The position numbers were made by a program, and so were the translations under genes. A stretch of 61,198 nucleotides of DNA, the filler included, from Sphacelaria rigidula (taxonomy: Eukaryota), in the NCBI GenBank assembly GCA_964200075.2. It is 5 parts of 5 records of this genome, joined end to end, with 100 filler letters (N's around TTAATTAATTAA, not from the genome) between each part and the next. Parts side by side here need not be neighbours in the genome. Positions count along the whole stretch, not along the records: positions 49,040 to 61,198 come from CAXNAA020004069.1; 4 more parts are not named here. The stretch is one strand, 5' to 3'. Position 1 is the first letter of the stretch. Each line of letters opens with the position of its first letter. The notes under the pieces were generated by a model. The model searched no databases. It was not told the DNA's origin and worked only from the letters and a program-made list of their open reading frames with translations. Below, piece by piece: positions 49,424 to 61,198 of the stretch.

Positions 49424-49900
49424 CATCTTTTGATGGAGATTCATTGTTGTCAGTCACCAATATGTCTGAAATTGGTGACACTTGAGCATATCGTAACAGT
49501 AGTTTATTACGTGTGAATTGTTCATGTTACGGCTGCTGAACTTGTCTACCGCGATAGAACTTACCCTACTAAGCAATGTTGAAGGTGTTGAAGGCTCTTG
49601 GACCCTGGGGTACGCCATATCTGTGGACTATATATGCATTGAGCGGGCGATGTCTTTCTTGGGCTTGATTGATGCCTTGAGCGAACTTACACTACTGCTT
49701 TCCACAATCAAACGGTCCGATCAATATCTGGAGCTGTACTTCTGGCTATCGCTCCCGCACAGTCCACACACCACGTGTATTCACTGGGGATCATGACAGA
49801 CATCCTCCCCCCACACCCAATGGTCTGATGACTATGGCAAGCATGATCATGAGTACACCCCCACACCCCCCACACCCCCCTCCTCCAGCCCCCCCAGCCC
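49424..49900 (+). mobile_element. Candidate third LINE 3' end (family C)
   Basis: Begins after a C tract (49404-49423) and encodes a degenerate CCQSPICLKLVTLEHIVTVVYY (Zn-knuckle-like). It ends CAATGGTCTGATGACTATGGCAAGCATGATCATGAGTAAC-like motif followed by poly-C at 49817-49895. Confidence 0.55.
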
Positions 49901-50262
49901 TCTGCCAAGGGCCTGCCCTAATTTTTTTTTGTGAATTTATTTTGTAATTACATGTTACCGCTTGAGCTATACATAAACACATATCCGATCAAATGAAATA
50001 AGACTGCCACAACAGTCTGTGGAATTTTCTATCTCTTCACAGATGGAATTATTCAACCCCCGTACGTACTGGATACGTATATATTTGGCATGCAGATCAT
50101 TCAGACAACAACAACAACAACCACAACAGTGCAGATCATTCAGATGGGGACGAGCCCTTTGAGATTGTTATCTTGTGAGCTATCAGCTGAGGAGGGTGTG
50201 CTTGCTGACTCCACCATCATTTCCGACTGAACACATTCTCACCTTGGACCCCGAACCGGCAG

Positions 50263-53200
50263 GTCATTGCTGGTGCTTGCAAGGACTTCAAGCTGGACAG
50301 TAACGTTCCCGCAAAGGTTTCGCCGCAGCAGGGAACGGCCTGGATCTCGTCAGTGTGAGAGAGAGCTCTCATGTTTGATCACTTGCCTGTTCGCCGGTCA
50401 TAACCTAAAATATTGCATGGTTTAATTTCTCTTACTGTGGTGAATGGCAGGAAGTCTATGCTTGCGATCACGCTCGTTCAAATGTTGAAATGCTGTGCCT
50501 ACTGATGGATAATTCAACCATCTATGGCACAGGCTGTTGGATCTTTTATCTTCAACGGATCTTCATGTCTGTCGTTGAAAGCATGAGGACGTGAGTAACG
50601 CCGGAAAAATAAAATAAAGAAGAATGTTGGACTGAGATTGTTTGACGAAAGTCGACGCGTTGCGAGAGCACTGGTCATAATGTGATCCTCGATATCAAAA
50701 CGCATGGCGTGCACCGGGGGAGGAACAGATGGGTTGATCCCTTGAAAGCACGGACTCGTCCCGAGGAGAAGGGGGGGGTTCAAAGTGTGGCGATAAGGAA
50801 GAAACGGCAGCAATTTGCGAGATTAAAATTCTACCAATCTGATATTTGGACACATTGGGGTAGTTCGGAGGGTTAACCGTTCAGATTTGCGATCGCGTGA
50901 TTGGGAAGAATATGACCAGATGCCCCTCTAATGCCGACAAGACCCCCGACGCTGTTGCTGATCAGCCCTTCCTGTTTTGGAGTTCAGCCCCCGATGAAGA
51001 TGTACCCTGTAGTTCGAGGTCTCCGATACATGGCTCATGAACTGTAGCGTTGTGATCAACGGCAAGGCACTTTTTTTGGTGAGATATAATAATGGATCGA
51101 TCCACGGTGTATCTGTTGCTTTTCGGGTACAAGTATTCGTACAAGTGATCGAGTTAGCAGCGGGATGATATGCCGATGGATGCAAGTGTGCCGTTCGTCT
51201 TAAATCCTGCCTCTTGTGGTTAACGTTTTCAGCTTTTCACATAAGAGTAAGCAAATTAAAAAATAGCCCGAAAAATTAAAGCCCCCTTGCTTGTTTCGGA
51301 CCCCTGGTAGGGTTGGCGTCTTTATATGCTTTGCAAAATCATCCTTGGTCACGTAGTAGGTAATTTATATATATGTATACACCGTCAGGCTGACGAAATC
51401 TCTCTGAAGAATGCGCATCCAGGCAACATTGGCTAGATGTTATGTTCGATGTACAGCATCATGATCCCGACGTCATCAGTGTATCCAAGTAATACCCTCT
51501 ATTATCCTGATGCGTGTTTACTTGACATCAGAGAGCATCGACAGAACATTGATACAGAGAGATTTGGGTCTTGTGCATCATCTTTGAATAATACGCCGTG
51601 TTTCGTGATTTTCTCTCGCTTTTTTCTCGTGCAATTCGACGGCTTCACGCGTCGGTCCGCTCCTTCCATATACAGCCGTGACGCGAAACCGCTGACAAAC
51701 GCCCAGCTGAGCATTTATGAGGACTACTTACGACAAGGTAATTTGTATTAGTTGCATTGGCATTAGTTTAACCCCCCCCCCTCCCCCTCCCTCCCCCAAC
51801 GAAGACGAGGAAGATCACTTGAAGATATTGAACAAGAGGATAGGGATAGAGATGAAAACATATGTGCGCGACCCAATGGACTCCGCGAAGTAGTTTAAAC
51901 TTCGATTTCGGGTGGGGGACCTGGACCTGCCAAAAAAAACAGAAGAGGTATACCAGTAGTCGAGTCGAGGAGGGAGTAGATGCACAGAAGTGGCCTGTGG
52001 CGAAGCGATAGAAATTAGAGCTCATGTAGTTGCAGAATGTGAACTATACGAGGAGGAACGGGATGTGTTGCAAGGGAAAATGTGAGAAGTAAACGAAGGG
52101 GATCTAAGATCGTTTGGTACGGTACACAGGAGGGAGGAAACGATGGCTATACTAGGAGATGAATTGTGGTCACAGACGGCGAAACAGGACGGGGATAAGA
52201 TGGGGAAAAGGTTGTTGTATGATGTATGAAAAGACGTTACGAGTGGCCAAAATGTTGGAGGTGTCTCTGCTAGGAGTAGGAACGGCGCGTTGTCTCGAAA
52301 GGGATGCGTGATCAATGATCAAATGACTAAGGCAACAAGTGAGTACCCCCGCCCCCTGAGAAAATGATTGATGTAGTCAGTCACACAGGCATACGCGTTT
52401 TGGGGGGAGTGGGAGTGTATTCGGCGGGGCACCTGGCCAAAAACATAATGCTTTCTCCGAGCAGTTTTACATGGTCAGTGATTTATGGGAGACCGCGAAA
52501 TACATGAGACTGTCTGGTCACTAGGGGTGCTAGGTAGTGCGTACAAAGAAGAGGAGTTGCTTGGCTACAGCTTCGTCGTCAGCCAATGTAATGCTACTCC
52601 GAGCACCCTACGTCTCGCCCGAGGACTTGATGTACGATTCAATCTTAGCGAAGGACCGACTTTTGGTCGGTAAACACGCCTTGCCTTTCGCGTCTTTTGC
52701 TGATCTCTTTCAGTGCTGGCACCCATGCATGCCTATTGCCTATTGTCTTCAGTCATGTTTGTTGTTGTTGAGGCTATTTCTATGCTCTCATGGTTCGGGG
52801 GCGGGGGGGCGAAGCAGGCCACTTAACCCTGGAGGAAGTGGGCGCCTCGCGCGCTCGTTCCATTGCCCTGTCTACCGCAAGCAGCTACATGGCGGCGTGC
52901 ATGGAAGCCGGAAAGACTTTCCCGTGGGATCGCCGGAGGCTTGCAATCGATCCGGCTCTAGAAACTCAGGTATGATCAGATAATATAGCGGGGGGGGCGG
53001 GGGGGTGCTCATGACCTTGCATGCCGTAGTCATATATAACCAATGACTTCGCATCCTCACAAAGCTAGGACGGAGCTCGCCGGGTTGTCGCCGGACCAGG
53101 CTCGCTATCAATCCCCAAGCGCGAAGCACCGTAATGTGTTCGACGAGTCGCATGAAGGGTGAGTTGCATCCTGCTAAGATTGTTCGGCGCGACGCGTACT

Positions 53201-56200
53201 GACTATCTTGCGGTTGGATGACAACCTCGAACGAGTTGCTTCATTTTCTGGTATCGCCATTTCAAGAGACAGCCACGGGTTACGCGCAGCCTAATGGGTG
53301 TCTCACAATTTAGAGGGGGGCGGAGGGAGGGAGGGAGAAAATGTTTCGCATTCTTGGGATGATGCATGAAGCGAATCACATGTATGAGCCATGATTTGTG
53401 CGATTGTGTACGAGCATCGGTAAGCATCAAGGATATGATATATGTCGGCAGATTGGCGCAGCTGATATTTCAATATTATTGCGATGTGTTGCAGAAGCAA
53501 ATATCGGTGGTTGTGCCCTTAGGCGCCAAGCTAGGACGCAGCCACAACCCAACCCCCCCCCCGCGCGCGCGCTTAGAGGAGGAAATGTCGGAAATAAATG
53601 CAGGTGGCATGAAATCATTTGGTGCATTAGCTTGTAGCGAGAAAACGGTATTTATGCTAGGAGATAAATGGTGGTCAAAAGCGGCGAAACAAGTAGGGGA
53701 TGAAATATGTTGAAACAAAATTGTGCAGTGTATGGAAGAAACGTAATGAGCGCCGGGATGTTGAAGGTGTCTCTATCGGGAGTAGGAACGGTGCTCCGTC
53801 TCGAAAGAGATGTATCAATAGTCAAATGACTAAGGCAAGCAACAAAGGAGTAGCCCCGCCGCCCCCCGCCCCTCCCGGCTCGTGAGGGGGGCTCGCTGGC
53901 AGCATCACCTGAGGCAGAAAAGTCCGCGAGTTGGCTTCGTGTCCCTTAGATCGAAGTTCAGGCTGAGTGTCACTGGTGGAGTGGAAATCGAGCGACAGAA
54001 CTGGGGTTCATTCATTGGCCCCTATATATTACTATGTATTTAGACGTAAGATAATCATACTTCGGGCGAGGCTAAGAAAAACACGGGGGGTTCAATAATA
54101 TCATGGATGACGGGGTGTCACGGCATTCCGGTGGCGCCGAAATTTCGTCTTTTGTCAAGCTCGCTTTCCTTTTGCCTTTTTTCCCTTTTTTTTATTCCCT
54201 GTTCGGGTATTGCTTGGCAAGCTGTTTACCGTTTATGTGCCTTCACTAGACGTGCTTCATTTTTTTTTTCCAGCACGGTCGTATCCGGGAAAACACTCAA
54301 TTCGTCAACTCGCCGTTTTCATTGTAGCCGCGCTTGTCGCTTTTGTAGGGAAGCGCAAATCTCCAATATGCTTCTGATGGTGAAGTTTTACGAAAAAAAA
54401 AGAAGGGCATAGTATGTCTGGCGGTTGACGCTTCACTCCTGTATACTGTACCGTCTTGTACCGATTAGGTGCGAAGATTAGTGGTACCAAGTGACGTCGT
54501 TTTAGCTGAATACGCTTTTTTACCTCTTGGACGATCTCAAGGTTTCGTTCCATACTACTGTTACGTTTGTATCCCCGATCATTTCTTGCTGCACGCTTGA
54601 TTGACATTTTGCCGCTTTTAATTATTTATCGGGGTTTGGTCGAAACTGTTCGGAAAAGGACGCATTGAAAGTGTTTCGCAAGAAGCATCGTTTAAGCAGC
54701 GTTTTTGAGTGAGGGTTCCAAAAGGGAACATTATCTGCTCCCAAGAAAGACAGCCTACTGTGGTCGCTATGTCTTGGCTCTTGTTGTGGAGTCTACATTT
54801 CGTGCATGTGCAGGAATGTGACGTCCACACAGGTAGCCAATCCTCGTCAGCGTGAGTCTCTCGGCATCGATCCTACAGACAACTAGCAATTTCTTGTTTA
54901 TGGGAGATGGTCTCTCATAGATGTCCTGTAGGCACCCGAAATTACGAAACTCTAGGGGAATGAGGAACGTGCGGTATACAATGTTGGACTTTACACTATG
55001 AGCGACGTTATCTCCCCAATGACGCAAGTTTAGTGGTGACACGGGTTGATATCTTGCCTTCTCTCTCTGGATGAGCGAGTTGGGATGATTTGTTGTCCAT
55101 ATTCGTGATCTGCTACGAATCCAGTCTTGGTGATGAGCTGGACGCACCCAGTGGATATGGCTCTGAGTTAAGGAAGCTCGAGAAGATGTTCACGACGAGA
55201 GAAGGAGAAAGAGAAGAACAAGTACCGGTCCGGAAAACAAACCCGATATGATGCTGCAATCCTGCGGGTTAAGACCGCCGCACCCCGGTGGTGTAATGGT
55301 CCGACTGTCACCATGAGATGCGTTGGATTTTTTCTTCGTAGTATCTGATTTCCACCGTGGCGAGCGTGAGAACGTGAGTAAACAAGTAGTTGAGTGAGTT
55401 CGTTTGGCGTGAGTTGACGCGGTGCGGGAATGATGACCCGATCCGCGAGACCGAAATGCGTGTACCGGGGAGAGATGAATTGATGCCTCGAGAACACGGA
55501 CTCGTCCTGAGGAAGGGGAGGGGTTCAAAGTGCGGTAAACAAATGAATGAATGGTGATAATGAACAGATATGTGGTGTATACTGAGCTAAGTATGCATGC
55601 CCTGTGCTGCACTGTACTGTGCAGTATTATGCTGTGGCGTCCTCTGCCATTGACAGCATCCGTGACTTACGACCTGTACGGATGTGCACACGCAACGCCT
55701 TTCACCAGACACTTGGCGGGCATGAAGGCACAGATCCCACCAAAAAGCATCCGACATGTGAACGATGAGATGCGAAGGCGAGGGTGCATGTCATCGCATG
55801 AGTCACGTGTCGACTCGCCGCGGGGGTATCAGTTGATTTCTGATTGTCGTACATGAACTTATATCCTGGGAAACCATCCACGGCCACGAGATGGTAGACG
55901 TACCCGAGGTGGCTCAGACGGAATCACTCGTTGAAAAAAAGTCGAGAAAGAGGGAGAACGGAAGAACAAAAATACAGGGGACGAGAACACAAGATACTGA
56001 AAGACGGAAGAATAAAAGATAAAAAAAAGGAAAGAGTAGAAGCAGGGCGAATAAAACAAGAAAAACGATATATTTTGGATGTAAGAGCGGATCCTAGAGC
56101 TCCAGGCAAGGAGGCTGTAAACGATGCGTTGCCGCATTTTGTAGAGAAGATTGAGACTCAACTGTATGGAGAGATGCGCCATTTTCTTTTTGAATACAGT

Positions 56201-58922
56201 GTGTGTGTGCGTGATGCGCGCTCCTCTGTCACGACCGTAGCAGGGAGGAACCGCTGTTAAATATTTGTTTTTTCTTGTGCTCTATGCTCCAGGTTCTGGG
56301 TGTTCTAGCGCACCTGAAGGCGGAAGGTCATGATCCGCTGGCGCTTGGATTTTCCCTTAAAACAGTGTTTGAGGAGCTGCCGCCCGATACCGACAAGGCG
56401 GCCTACGGCGTCATAAAGTGAGGATCCATCACATGGTACGGGTAAGGGGGGTGGGTAGATCTTACATGCCACAGTCAAATGACCGCTGACCTCGCATCTC
56501 TACAAAGCCGAATGGAGCACGCCGGGTTTTCGCCAGACCAGGCTCACAATCAATCACCAAGCGCGAAGCGCCGTGATGTGTTCGGCGAGTCGGATGAAGG
56601 GTGAGCTGCATCCTGCAAATATTGTTCGGGCCGAGACGTACTGAATATCTTGCGTTTGGATGACAGCGTCCAGTGAGTTGCTTCATTTTCTGGTATCGCC
56701 TTTCAGAGACAGCCACGGGTTACACAATATCTCATGGGTGTCTCACCATGTAAACACCACGTGGTACGATCATCCCCATGGGCGCAGTTGAGGTTCTCCA
56801 CGCCGCGCAACACGATCTGTCTCGACCACCATCATGGTTACCGCAATGAAAGCGCAAGCGAGAAAATAGATGGTAACCTGGTTGCCTAGCTTACGTAGTG
56901 AGTGGCGTGTTCTATAGCGTCATTGCCAACTGACGCCAACCTTCAGAGGATGGGGGGGAGGGGGGGGGGGGCTGCCATGTGACTTGTGACTTGTGCAACT
57001 TTGATTGCAGATCTCAAGATAGAAGCTGGCACCCATGTTTAATTTCACTGGTAGTTCAAAAGTTCATTACACAGCACAGTTACATTTTCACACAAACGTT
57101 ATTCTCCGGCATGAATACTACGGTGACTTCATCAACACCTCCCTCACGACACTGTCATACGCACCCTGGTTGGTCTGTTTTGCCCCTGTCGTACGTAACC
57201 CTTGGTCTGTACAGTGGGGAGGGGGAGGGGATGGGGGGTGTACATCTGTTTCCCGAACGAACAAGGTTCGTTGATGTGATGGAAAATGACACAAACCAGT
57301 TCTGTACGTGAATTTTCGCCGGGATACACCTGTGAGGCGTCGTCAAGCTACAGGCATGTGTAATGAAGAACGTCAACATCATCAAGACCATTATAAGTTC
57401 TATTTCACCGCCGCGCGCCGTGCGATCTAAACTAAAATTGTACCTCTGACACCATCAGGGCGAGGAAAACGCGAGTTCGATTCCCATCAGATGCGTCTAC
57501 TCTGACTTTTCCCCCTCAGGAGTGACCCGATCTCCGTCGTTAAAGGCTTGAGGGCTCGAGTAGCAAAAATCAGTGTATTTGGCTGAGTGTTGTTGGACGA
57601 TTGTCAACGTAATGCGTGAGTGTTCGGTCATGATCCAATCCGCCATCACAAATTGTAGGGCGTGTACTGGGGAGGGGATGAGTTGATTTCTCGAGACCGC
57701 GGATGCGTCCCGGGGGAGACGGGGTGTTGGGAGTGAGAACAACATAATCAATCTTGTTGAAACGCACCTCCCCTCTACTGCGGTAAAGTGGCTTCAAGTC
57801 GCCCCTGAGAGAAGTGTACGGTAAAGGTATCGGGGGGTGCCGGGGAAAGCGCGTGACTGCTCTGTGTTCTCCTTGTAGAGGGCGTGACATTATGTACAGT
57901 ATAGTAGTGCTGCTTCCACCTCTGCCACGTGTATTACTGTGTTTGGGCACTATCATGATGCTCGCCTGGGAGAAATAGAACCCGACTATAGCACCCTAAC
58001 TCGCAAGCTTTCAAAGGGCTTTCATTCTCCGCTTCAAGAAGAGTTCTGTGCTGACGGCGGAAGCGATTGGCTCGTGACGGAATTTTTTGTTTAAAATATA
58101 GTCTCGCCCCTCGTAAAGTGTTTTATTAGTAGCACATAATCATCTGACCGGCCTCTCAATCAAACCTGCTGTTTGGTCTTCTGTACTCCACATGGTATAC
58201 GGAGTATCCGCACCAGGGACCCCCGCGCTGTCGTGTGCTAAGCCCCCGTGGCCGAAACGTTTCACGACGCACAACACGTGACCTTTTTTTTCGCCGTACT
58301 TGTGACCCCCTACATTATCTCGAGGCGAGTCTGTAGTCAAGGGTCAGCCCATCTTTCCTCCAATACCTGCTTGACGTTATTCTAACTGAAAGCATTGGAT
58401 CTCGTCGAATTGTCGCCACGGGATCACTTTCTCCTTCTCCGTTCTGTCGTTTTCTATTTTCCTTTTCTTTTTTTTCTTTCTAACACTGACAGATTGCCTT
58501 CACTCATTAACAATGTCGGGGTTTGTCCAGCAGCTGTTGAGTCGCCATTGTTTCTAGGTGATGGCAAAATGACTCCCCAGAAGAGATGAAATCGTCCCAT
58601 TTATGGGGGCACTCCAAGCGCCAAATCCTTTCGATGATATAGGTGATTCCATCCCTCGAATCGGTATTATTTCAACTTGATAACGCAGTGACTACCGAGA
58701 GATAGCGGTGTCCCATCTGTAGTGGCGCTCACAGCGCAAAAGTTTGTTCGGGGTAACTTTACCCGCCAGGTTGTGAGTTGTCCCATATTTTTTGACCGCT
58801 CAAAGCGCCAACGGTTGTTCAGGCGTAACCTATGCTTGACAGTTATGATACGTCCCATTTTTCCAGGCGCTCAGAGTATTGATGATTATTCTACGGGGCA
58901 TGGTCTGGTACACTCTCACCAG
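50263..58922 (+). CDS. Multi-exon gene of unknown function, partial; best-supported exons 50263-50354, 51423-51488, 51676-51737, 52571-52669, 52818-52969, 53462-53506, 53950-54045, 56107-56200, 56293-56417, 57011-57122, probably more up to ~59871
   Basis: AG/GT-bounded exons join in phase without stops from 50263 to 54045 and from 56107 to 57122. Peptide excerpts: ..HWLDVMFDVQHHDPDVISVSNRDAKPLTNAQLSIYEDYLRQ..LLRAPYVSPEDLMYDSILAKDRLLVGHLTLEEV.. No recognised domain, and intermediate and terminal exons are uncertain. Confidence 0.6.
51797..52356 (+). mobile_element. 5'-truncated LINE 3' end, family A (longest copy)
   Basis: Decayed ORF2 C-terminus KLRFRVGDLDLP..CGEAIEIRAHVVAECELYEEER (LINE C-terminal Cys/His domain), followed by the shared terminal motif. 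Poly-C on both sides. Confidence 0.85.
52990..53337 (-). mobile_element. Non-LTR retroposon family B copy
   Basis: Homologous to 56445-56750, with G tracts at 52990-53005 and 53313-53336. Confidence 0.8.
53571..53877 (+). mobile_element. 5'-truncated LINE 3' end, family A
   Basis: Homologous to 52065-52356. It is preceded by a C tract at 53553-53562 and followed by CCCCGCCGCCCCCCGCCC. Confidence 0.82.
55274..55530 (+). mobile_element. tRNA-derived SINE, family 1
   Basis: Head CCGCCGCACCCCGGTGGTGTAATGGTCCGACTGTC. The body is the reverse complement homologue of 13180-13400. Confidence 0.75.
56445..56973 (-). mobile_element. Non-LTR retroposon family B (longest copy)
   Basis: The minus strand reads FSRLRFHCGN and then the shared terminal motif. 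G tracts at 56446-56455 and 56951-56972. Confidence 0.8.
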
Positions 58923-61198
58923 GTTGGTGCTGGCGAGGCTACGTCTCGAGAAGTCCGGCGGTCGTTTGCCCGGCTCGGAAGACGAGGTGCTGGTTCTCAA
59001 AACAAGCTCATCAGTACCATCAGCAGCGGCGGCCGGGAAAAAACGAGCTCTCCCGATCTGGGGAGACACCGCCGCCTCCAGATTTCCTGTAAAGAAGTTG
59101 CCCCTACCAGCATCATCGAAGCCTCAGCCGACAGCCGCGGGAGGTCTGTACAAGCCTTCTTACACACCACCTCCAACAAGTGGCGGGACGGGAGAGGTTG
59201 AGGCCGTTGCTGTGGTGAAAGAGAGCAAACGAAATGGTGCTACAGGGATCTTTACTCCTTCATACGCAGCCTCACCCCGTGCAGGGACGGAGAAGAAGAC
59301 GAACAACGACCGAGCGAGCTCATGTGAGCGGACGAAGGCGGGGAAGGGACCTAGATGGGAACACGATTCGCGTATTCGCGCGGACTAACGTCAGCTGTCG
59401 AATAATCGTTGATACTTGGATCGTCTCAACATTGAACAACGACTCTCCCCCCTGCTGTTCTTTGTTTTCAGGAGGAGGGACACTATGTGACCGATAGCGG
59501 CTTTGCGGGAGAATCACACCTGAAACCGGTTCTTACGTACAGCTTGCATTCTTTCATGCGATGTGGAAGATGTAAAAGCAGGTTTATATAGCTATTTCGC
59601 GCAGGTTTTCTCCTAAACAATCATCAACTCAAATCTAAAAAAGCGGGCTGTCACCCGATCAGTACGTAACGAGCAGCTGATGACGATGCAGCATATCCGA
59701 CAGTTCGAAAATCACTCCAAAAACGTGCTGTATATCCCCCTCCCCCGCCCCTTCCCATCGCGCGCACGCGCCTCCGCCTACAATGGCCTAGTGAGACAGG
59801 GAAAACCATGGACGGACGATCTTGTGCTGCAGATAATAAAGGAAGCGGGACCAAGCGGAGCGTCTATGAAGGTGCGTATCCGCTCTGCAGTGTTTTCAGA
59901 AATCTGCCGCAAGAGTGCGAACACATATCTCGATTTGTAAGCTTATCGCCCCGGCCCCCAGCATACTGATGACAACCGAACGCACAAGAGTGTATATAAA
60001 TATATATATAGAAGTGTGTTTCGAAAACCTTGAAGAAGTGAAGCCGCGAGATGTCCGATGTTTGAAACATCGAAAAGTTTTTTCCCCTCGAATGTCAGCT
60101 GGGATCATTGAGTTTAGGTCTGAGACGACGGGTTCACCAATAACCATATACGAGAAATCTAGGCTTGGAAAGATAAATACATATCTTCGCGAACAACTGA
60201 GACCTGTCACAGTGGGAGATCGCGGGCTCGAAAGTCGGCAGCTAACGGGGCTCTCTCTGGAAGTATATGATCGCCGTCGTTTGAAGATGTGACGGTGTGA
60301 GTGGCGGAGGAACTTTGACGAGGTTCGACCTGGTGTCGGGAGTGTTGATTCCAATCTGCGGTACCATAATATCACGCGTGCGCGGTACCGGGAGAGGATG
60401 AGGTAGAAATACCTTGGGACTGCGAACTCTCCGCAAGGAAGGAGAGGGGTTGGAGCTGTGACGGGCAGCGGGGGCTCCATCTTTTCTTGTTGCTGTGAAT
60501 GATGTTTCTGACGGATCGCAGCGACTGACGCCGGCGCTGTCTTTGTGCGTGCGCGCGTCCGCATCTAGCAGAACTCTGCTCGAGAAAATCGTGTCTTGCT
60601 CCACCGGTGAAGACATGTGGTGACGTCAGAGCGAGTCACACCAACAAGAAAACGTCGAGGCTCTGTACATATGTAGCACGCACTGCCAACGACAGTCGAC
60701 ACGGTTTCAGCGTTGCAGTTGACGTATTTGCGGCACCATGAGCATTTCGGTCGATTGTCATCGAAGTCTTGCTCTCTATTTTCTCTCGCGCTGCTTCTTC
60801 CAGGTATATTTCTTCCGCAAGTGCGTGATCGTGTCACGCTCCAAGCTCTTGGGCGCGAGATGGGTGCAGATCGACCCTGCATCCATCACTAGAAATGCGT
60901 GGAAAAATAACAAAGAATGACGGGTTAGTTGGATTTGAACAATTTGGCATGAGTCACGGGACGCGAAACGACGGGATACACAGGACGTTGTTCGTCGTTT
61001 GAGGATAGTGCTCGCAGAAAATAGGAAAGCGACTGCTCGTCTCAAGCGTGAGGTTTCCGACGGTTGAAGGCCAGGCGCTGATATTCTTTAAAAGGGTCCG
61101 GCACTTGAAGAAGTGACGGCGACATCGTCTGAAGAGCATAACGCCGTAATATTTTACATGCGTGCCTGTGTGTGCGCATGTGTGTTTATTCCAGCCCC

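Noticed and set aside
54400-55170. Possible Tc1/mariner transposase remnant on the minus strand
   Set aside because: Only a vague DINP..WG-like trace is visible, with no recoverable DDE/D triad or TIRs.
181-61139. Most short ORFs in the six-frame track
   Set aside because: They are antisense or alternate frames of transposons, or chance ORFs in introns and repeats, with no motifs.

Overview
This is eukaryotic, intron-rich and transposon-dense DNA, most consistent with a brown alga (inferred from gene structure and repeat style). It is not one locus. Four 100-nt N-linkers containing TTAATTAATTAA join five contigs of 12160, 12160, 12160, 12159 and 12159 bp, so adjacency across linkers is meaningless. 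Contig 1 holds the 3' end of a degenerate Ty1/copia element with a candidate 3' LTR. Next to it is a decayed ~9.6 kb Ty3/gypsy chromovirus whose integrase ends in a chromodomain plus a second Tudor-like module, and whose RNase H is split by a MITE. Contig 2 has four exons of an MFS (Spinster-like) transporter. Contig 3 has three exons of an SPG1/TEM1 small GTPase among many MITEs. Contig 4 has an intronless acidic ORF and an RTE LINE remnant. Contig 5 has a phase-consistent multi-exon gene of unknown function. The most notable signals are the chromo+Tudor-like integrase tail and a set of non-LTR retroposon 3' ends that share one terminal motif and sit in poly-C tracts.
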